A stretch of DNA of 63,677 nucleotides, filler included, from a candidate division TA06 bacterium SM23_40 (GTDB lineage: Bacteria; LJUI01; SM1-40), in assembly GCA_001303705.1 (NCBI GenBank). It is 6 parts of 6 records of this genome, joined end to end, with 100 filler letters (N's around TTAATTAATTAA, not from the genome) between each part and the next. Parts side by side here need not be neighbours in the genome. Positions count along the whole stretch, not along the records: positions 58,509 to 63,677 come from LJUI01000171.1; 5 more parts are not named here. One strand, written 5' to 3'. Below, in pieces: positions 58,656-63,677 of the stretch; the stretch's first letter is position 1, and each line of letters opens with the position of its first letter. The notes under the pieces were generated by a model. It saw nothing but the letters and a program-made list of their open reading frames with translations, made no database searches and was not told the origin of the DNA. Made by a program: the position numbers and the translations under genes.

Positions 58656-58794
58656 GATTCCTCCTCTGTACCATCAGCCATTACTCCTCTCTCTCACACC
58701 CCACTGCCTGCTCGTCACCTCTGCTCCATGTCCGACAGAGGTTGGGTCATCCACACCACTCGCCCCGCGACGATGCCGCGCGGTGGGGACATCA

Positions 58795-60711
58795 TTACTC
58801 TCTGCCCATCTGTTCCACGAAGCTGCTCACGCTGGCAGCCACTTCCTCCGCATCGAGGATGGGCGCCGAACAGGCTCGCCCGACGCAGACGAAGATGGCG
58901 GGGTCCATGTCCGTGGGAAACCCCCGGGCCTCGACCTCCTCACGTTCACTCTTCGGGTCGAGCAACTGTACGTGTTTGCCCGGTTCATACAGGCGGAGCG
59001 ACTCTCTCAACAGGGCCCTTGTCTGGGCCTCCTCCGGGGAACCGATAATCATCATCCGCACCGGATAGTCGAGGTATCGCTGGAGTGCGAGGCCGTATGC
59101 CCCCGCCCGGTCCCCGAATCGGCCCCAGTCTCCCGACCAGCGAGTCAGAATCCGACGAGCCACATCCCTGTACATCGGCTCCTCGGTGCACCAATTGAGC
59201 CTCAGGAGGACGAGCGCCCCCACGAGGTTCGCGTCGAATGAGGGGTTGTTGACTAACGCAGCGGCGGGTGGCCACGACTCGCCTGAATGAGCGACGAAGA
59301 CATCGGCCGTCTCCTGCCACTGCTCTTCGAGTGCGCGATCGACGAGCTGGCGTGCCCGCAGAAGGTACCTTGGCACACCTGTGTAGGCATAGGCGTCAAG
59401 CAGAGCCCGGGCAAGCCACATACCATCAGCCACCAACCCGGGTGCCGAACCCGCCCCACGCTCGATATCGAAGACATGGTAGACGCGACCGTCCTCGCCC
59501 ACGGCACGGTCCCACAGATCGTCGAGCAGCCCCAGCGCACGCTCTGTCCAGGTCTCATTCTGCAACACGAGCCCTGCCTTCAGGCCGAGAGATACCATCC
59601 TCGCGTTGCGATCGGTGTACAGCGTTCCATCCACGGGCGGCGCTGCCCCAGCCTCTGAGCGGCCCGCGCGGTCAAGCGCAAAATAAGCCTCGTCGCCTAA
59701 CTGGCCGGCACGAAATGCGTCGATGTTCTCGTCGTAGAGCACGGTCAGGAGGAACCTCAGGATATCGCGTGCCGCACGCGGGTGGTCCTCCTTGCCCGTA
59801 GCCTCCCAGGCCTCCAGGTAGCTCAACGCAAGATCAGCATTGATCGCCAGATTCTTCCCCCCGGGTCCGCTGACTCCTCCCTCAACCTCATCCCAGTACC
59901 CGGCTTCTCTCACTGAGACGAGGGCGTCGCTTGCCAGGACCGCCAGGCTCTCCTCGCCTCGTGTGTGACCCAGGTACAGAAGGAGAGAGATGGCACTCGG
60001 ATCTCGAACCTTTCCGTCCTGGCCGGGCCCCCCGCCTGGTCCGCTCAAAGCACTGCGGAGCGAGGCGGCCACGCGATCAACAAGGTCGTTCGACAGCTCG
60101 CGCGTCTGTACCCGCCTCCTCATGATGAGAGGCTGCTCCCAGGCGATGACAGGCGCTTGCCCGGGGCCCTCGGGCCAGCGCTCGTAGAACATGTTAGTCT
60201 CCACTGCATAGTCCAGAAACTCCTCCGTCCCCGGTGGATCGAGGAACCCTGCCGCCTGGATAAGCTGTCCCGACGCGTGGATGGAGACGATACCCGGCTC
60301 TCCTTCCTTCGGTACCAGCGCACCCGACCAGACCAACCGTTTCACTTCGGGGTGCCGCTCGATGTCGACGCGGATGGGAACACACTCTCTGTTGAGTCGC
60401 TCGATGATGAGAGAGTCGGAGAGTGTGGTTTCATCGAACTGCCTCGCTTCTCGTATGGGCAGCGCCGTCATGACGAGCACGACCGGTCTTTCCTGCCGGC
60501 CTGCCCTCTCGAAAGCCTGCCTGCCCCAGGGCTCCCAGTCGATGAGAGAAGCTCGGTTCGCCCCCGGAGAGAACCGCATCTCCGCACCTTCGATGATCTC
60601 CGGTTCGGGGAGTTCGATTTCGCCCCTGCCGCACGAGAGGGAGAGGACCGTGCACAGGAGGACGGCGGATACGGCCAACAGAACCCGATGTCGCAGCCGC
60701 TCACTACCCAT
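58795..60711 (-). CDS. DUF255 thioredoxin-like / six-hairpin (YyaL/SPATA20-like) lipoprotein
   Basis: Lipobox SLSC; IDWEPWG..AFERA...RPV, LNRECVPIRVDIERHPEV, YTDRNA, FVCVGRACSAP. Confidence 0.82.
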   Translation of the reverse strand: MGSERLRHRVLLAVSAVLLCTVLSLSCGRGEIELPEPEIIEGAEMRFSPGANRASLIDWEPWGRQAFERAGRQERPVVLVMTALPIREARQFDETTLSDSLIIERLNRECVPIRVDIERHPEVKRLVWSGALVPKEGEPGIVSIHASGQLIQAAGFLDPPGTEEFLDYAVETNMFYERWPEGPGQAPVIAWEQPLIMRRRVQTRELSNDLVDRVAASLRSALSGPGGGPGQDGKVRDPSAISLLLYLGHTRGEESLAVLASDALVSVREAGYWDEVEGGVSGPGGKNLAINADLALSYLEAWEATGKEDHPRAARDILRFLLTVLYDENIDAFRAGQLGDEAYFALDRAGRSEAGAAPPVDGTLYTDRNARMVSLGLKAGLVLQNETWTERALGLLDDLWDRAVGEDGRVYHVFDIERGAGSAPGLVADGMWLARALLDAYAYTGVPRYLLRARQLVDRALEEQWQETADVFVAHSGESWPPAAALVNNPSFDANLVGALVLLRLNWCTEEPMYRDVARRILTRWSGDWGRFGDRAGAYGLALQRYLDYPVRMMIIGSPEEAQTRALLRESLRLYEPGKHVQLLDPKSEREEVEARGFPTDMDPAIFVCVGRACSAPILDAEEVAASVSSFVEQMGRE

Positions 60712-60740
60712 GGTAACCCCCTAGGCCTTCAGGTCTCTTC

Positions 60741-61241
60741 TCAGGAACGACCGAGCAGCCTCTTGATGTCGTTCTCGAAGACCGACTTGTCGCGGTAGCC
60801 CTGATACTTCTTATATATCTTGCCCTCGCGGTCGATGATGAACGTTGTGGGGATGCCGCGCACGCCACCGTATGCCTGCGTCACCTCGTCTGTACCGATG
60901 AGAGTCGTGTACTCGATCCCGCGCTCTTCGATGAATGGTTTGACGACTGATACCCCGCCGGCATCGAGCGCGATCCCGATGATCTCGAAGCCATCGACCT
61001 TGTAGGCATCGTAGAGCTCCACGAAGTGGGGCAACTCCTGGATGCACGGCGGACACCACGTGGCCCAGAAATCGAGCAAGACGATCTTGCCCCGGAAATC
61101 CCGCAGGCTCACGTCCCGCCCGTCGAGGTTCTTGAGCGTGAAATCGGGAGCCATGTCGGCGGAGGTAGAGGGACTCTCCCCCTGCCCTCCACAACCCGCA
61201 AGTAGGAGGATGACGGCCAGGAAGCTGAGCATCGTTCTCAT
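60741..61241 (-). CDS. TlpA/ResA-like thiol-disulfide oxidoreductase lipoprotein
   Basis: Lipobox LAGC; APDFTL, LDFWATWCPPC, GIPTTFIIDREG. Confidence 0.93.
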   Translation of the reverse strand: MRTMLSFLAVILLLAGCGGQGESPSTSADMAPDFTLKNLDGRDVSLRDFRGKIVLLDFWATWCPPCIQELPHFVELYDAYKVDGFEIIGIALDAGGVSVVKPFIEERGIEYTTLIGTDEVTQAYGGVRGIPTTFIIDREGKIYKKYQGYRDKSVFENDIKRLLGRS

Positions 61242-61607
61242 GGGCGTTACCGATCTCCTTTCTCAGAGTGTCGAATCCTCTGCGAAATCATGACCCAGAC
61301 TACAAGAATCCGTGGTGCCATCCTACACGATTTGCGGCCGGCGCGCAACCACGAACCGCAGCACGGGAGAGAGAGAGGCCGAGCCAGACCAGAGGCGCGG
61401 CGTCATATGTAGTATCGCGGCGTCATCATGATTGGCGCCGCGTCCCGACCAAGAGCCATCCCTTACTCTCTCGGGCCCCAACACGGGGCCGACAGACGTC
61501 AGGTCCTTCCCTCCCGAAGCCCCACAGGGTACACGATATACGGACCTAATCGGCCCGTTCATACACGATACTGTCCAGATTGTCAAGAAGAAATCCCGAA
61601 CGCCCTC

Positions 61608-62396
61608 TCACCAGATTGCCGACGCCATGGCCACCAGGTCGTCTGCCGGCAGGTCTGATGCCAGACAGCAGGACATGGCTTCGTCCAACCAGACCACCAG
61701 GTTCGTTCCGTCGAAAAAGCAGAGGATGATCTCACGCCCTTCCACAATCTCCGTTCTCCCCTTGGGGAGGGATCGTATGGCATATTCGGGAGCGACGGCG
61801 AGGACGACACAGTGCTCTCCCATCTCGTACATCACGAGCCCGACGGGAAACCGGGATTTGGGACACGTGCAGGCCCCGCAGGGTTCCATCTCCACCCGCT
61901 TCAGCGCCTCTCCATGTATGGGGAGACCGGTCCTCTCGCTGAGCCACCTGGCGATCTCTTCGGGATTCGAGCTGTCCAGGTCGACCGTTCTCGAACCCTC
62001 CACGAATCCGGTGTGGAAGGCCAACGCCGCCTGGGCAATGCCGGGACCCCTTGCCCGGCTACTCAACCACCAGGTCCCGAGCACGAGCAGGATGAGGACA
62101 GCAGTGGCGGCGAAAGAGAAGGCCGGCGGCATCCTCAAACCACGAGGCACGAAAGCGCGGCGGAATTCTCTGTCTGCCACGTGCAGCGAGGCGACGACAC
62201 GAGTTCGCACCGATGCCGGCACATCCCTTACAGGCATCGTTTCCCGAATGAGGCCCTTGAGGGTACGCTCGAACTCCACCTTGCGTCGACACTCCTCACA
62301 CCCATCGAGATGCTGCTGGATCCGCCGCATCTCGACCGGATCGAGCTCACCATCGAGCAGGTCATGAAGGTGGTGAGCGACGTTCTCACAACTCAT
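61608..62396 (-). CDS. zinc-binding (ZAS) anti-sigma factor with TM and Cys-rich C-terminal domain
   Basis: MSC...LDGEL...[12 protein letters not shown] overlap with sigma stop; TM; CGACTCP and SCC in C-domain. Confidence 0.85.
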   Translation of the reverse strand: MSCENVAHHLHDLLDGELDPVEMRRIQQHLDGCEECRRKVEFERTLKGLIRETMPVRDVPASVRTRVVASLHVADREFRRAFVPRGLRMPPAFSFAATAVLILLVLGTWWLSSRARGPGIAQAALAFHTGFVEGSRTVDLDSSNPEEIARWLSERTGLPIHGEALKRVEMEPCGACTCPKSRFPVGLVMYEMGEHCVVLAVAPEYAIRSLPKGRTEIVEGREIILCFFDGTNLVVWLDEAMSCCLASDLPADDLVAMASAIW

Positions 62397-62986
62397 TCTT
62401 GCTTCTCCTTGACGAACCCTCGCTTGACGGCATAGTCCCACAGCTTCTGCTGGAGTAACCGCCTGCCACGAAACAGACGTGACCTGACAGTCCCCAACGG
62501 ACATCCGACGATGTCCGCTATCTCCTGATACGAGAACCCCTCGAGGTCCGACAACAGCACGGCAATCCGAAAATCGCTGGGCAGCTCCTCGAGCGCCTGT
62601 ACCACTTCATCTTCTACCAGATCCTCGAGCGCGTACCCCCCATTCTCAGGCGAAGGCGGCCCTGCCTTTCGGTCGGCCAGTTTCTCGTACAGGAAGAACG
62701 GGTTCGACTCATCATATTGTGTGAATTTCGGCTCTTTCTTCTTCTTGCGGTATCTGTTTATAAATGTATTTGTCAGTATCTTGAACAGCCACGCCTTGAG
62801 GTTGGTGCCGGGCTCGAATCGGTGACAGAACCTGAATGCTTTGAGATACGTGTCCTGTACGAGGTCCTCCGCATCGTGTTCATTTCTCGTCATGCGGAGA
62901 GCAGTATTGTACAGCGCCTCCATGTAGCTCAGAGCCTCTTCTTCAAGGCCCGACCATACCTCTCGCCTGCGGGCGTGACCCAGCAC
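62393..62986 (-). CDS. ECF sigma factor, SigR/SigH (ECF12)-like
   Basis: [55 protein letters not shown]...[13 protein letters not shown]. Confidence 0.92.
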   Translation of the reverse strand: MLGHARRREVWSGLEEEALSYMEALYNTALRMTRNEHDAEDLVQDTYLKAFRFCHRFEPGTNLKAWLFKILTNTFINRYRKKKKEPKFTQYDESNPFFLYEKLADRKAGPPSPENGGYALEDLVEDEVVQALEELPSDFRIAVLLSDLEGFSYQEIADIVGCPLGTVRSRLFRGRRLLQQKLWDYAVKRGFVKEKQE

Positions 62987-63044
62987 GGTCCCCCCTCTTT
63001 CCTGCCGTCCCGACCTCAGGCCGGTCCTCCGGCGTCATTTCCGT

Positions 63045-63071
63045 CAACACAACCGATAGGGCGAAAGTTCC
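63045..63071 (-). promoter_or_regulatory. SigR/SigH-type autoregulatory promoter
   Basis: GGAAC-N18-GTTG on the minus strand upstream of the sigma gene. Confidence 0.7.
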
Positions 63072-63184
63072 CGCTCTATCGGTCTAACTAAAATGACTAT
63101 TAGGACTTATTTACTCAAGTTCGCCCGCCACCCCACCCGCTGTGTATCCTCCCGCGCCACGGTCTTTCCGATGCCGGTGCAGTC

Positions 63185-63677
63185 CTACTCGCAGCGCGAG
63201 TACCCGCAGCCGCGGCAGACCTCGCATCCCTCGACGTACTCCAGTACCCCTCCACACCGCGCGCAGCGCTCGTACTGCCTCCCCGGCTCAGGCGGGACGC
63301 TGACGGGCTGCCCTCTCTCGGACTCATAGCGTACGAGGGCCCGGCCGATCGCATCGGGACAGGAGAGGATGGCGTGCCCGTTTCGCCAATAGGGACGCGG
63401 ACATCTGATCCCGCGCAGCTGCTTGATAATCGACTCCGGCTTGACTCCAGACCTGAGCGCCAGCGAGACGAGCCTGCTGATCGCCTCAGTCTGCGACGCC
63501 TCGCATCCTCCGCTCTTCCCGAGGCTGGCAAAGACCTCGAACGGGCCGTGCTCGTCGGCGTTGACGGTCACGTACAGGTTCCCACACCCGGTTCCGATCT
63601 TCTCGGTCGTTCCGGACGTGACTTCCGGTCTCGGCCTCGGCTTGCGCCGCTCCTCTGCCGGCGGCCCGATCGCCGCT
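63185..63677 (-). CDS. nrdJ: C-terminus of class II (B12-dependent) ribonucleotide reductase
   Basis: RP..TSGTT.KI.TGCGNLYVTVN, GKSGG, SLALRSG, SCPDAIG (TSCPD-like) and EGC.VC..CGYSRC zinc ribbon. Confidence 0.9.
   Translation of the reverse strand, partial: AAIGPPAEERRKPRPRPEVTSGTTEKIGTGCGNLYVTVNADEHGPFEVFASLGKSGGCEASQTEAISRLVSLALRSGVKPESIIKQLRGIRCPRPYWRNGHAILSCPDAIGRALVRYESERGQPVSVPPEPGRQYERCARCGGVLEYVEGCEVCRGCGYSRCE

Noticed and set aside
58509..59300. DGR template/variable repeat pair
   Set aside because: Mismatches are not adenine-specific on either strand (T>C, A>C, A>G, C>G) and no reverse transcriptase is present

Overview
The window is six unrelated assembly contigs joined by artificial 100-bp N/TTAATTAATTAA linkers (18775-18874, 24263-24362, 42893-42992, 53117-53216, 58409-58508). 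The DNA is GC-rich and from a diderm bacterium, probably a metagenomic bin. Contig 1 has an NDT-SLOG fusion gene, a ClC channel, an HD-GYP response regulator and four tRNAs (Thr-CGT, Gly-GCC, Pro-CGG, Pro-GGG). An integrative element follows tRNA-Pro(GGG): tyrosine integrase, type I R-M system (hsdR-hsdS-hsdM), excisionase-like HTH, stand-alone M41 protease domain, HTH rep-like gene and HNH nuclease. Contig 2 has polysaccharide export genes, rfbB and an ArsB/NhaD-type transporter bracketed by two tandem arrays. Contig 3 has DUF4388 and TPR genes, an Ig-fused Na/Pi cotransporter, M48 peptidase, purL, an ECF sigma/anti-sigma-TonB pair, purQ, murA, ispG and an RRM gene. Contig 4 has an IS630 with a stem-loop/T4C5 slippage site and a nonsense codon, an ABC binding protein-TonB_C fusion, and a kinase-ATPase-TPR-GAF-sigma54 activator. 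Contig 5 has a C25 peptidase, an ArsA/Get3-HSP20 ATPase with a small partner, and a sigma54-driven orphan gene. Contig 6 has a SigR/SigH-like redox module and the 3' end of nrdJ. The most notable unexplained signals are recurrent degenerate intergenic tandem arrays (about 11, 17, 18, 19, 20 and 25 bp periods, several seeded on a stop codon), the NDT-SLOG candidate defence protein, two unusual TonB_C fusions and an ECF sigma with no canonical start for its conserved N-terminus. All family assignments come from motif recognition by eye; no database searches were run.
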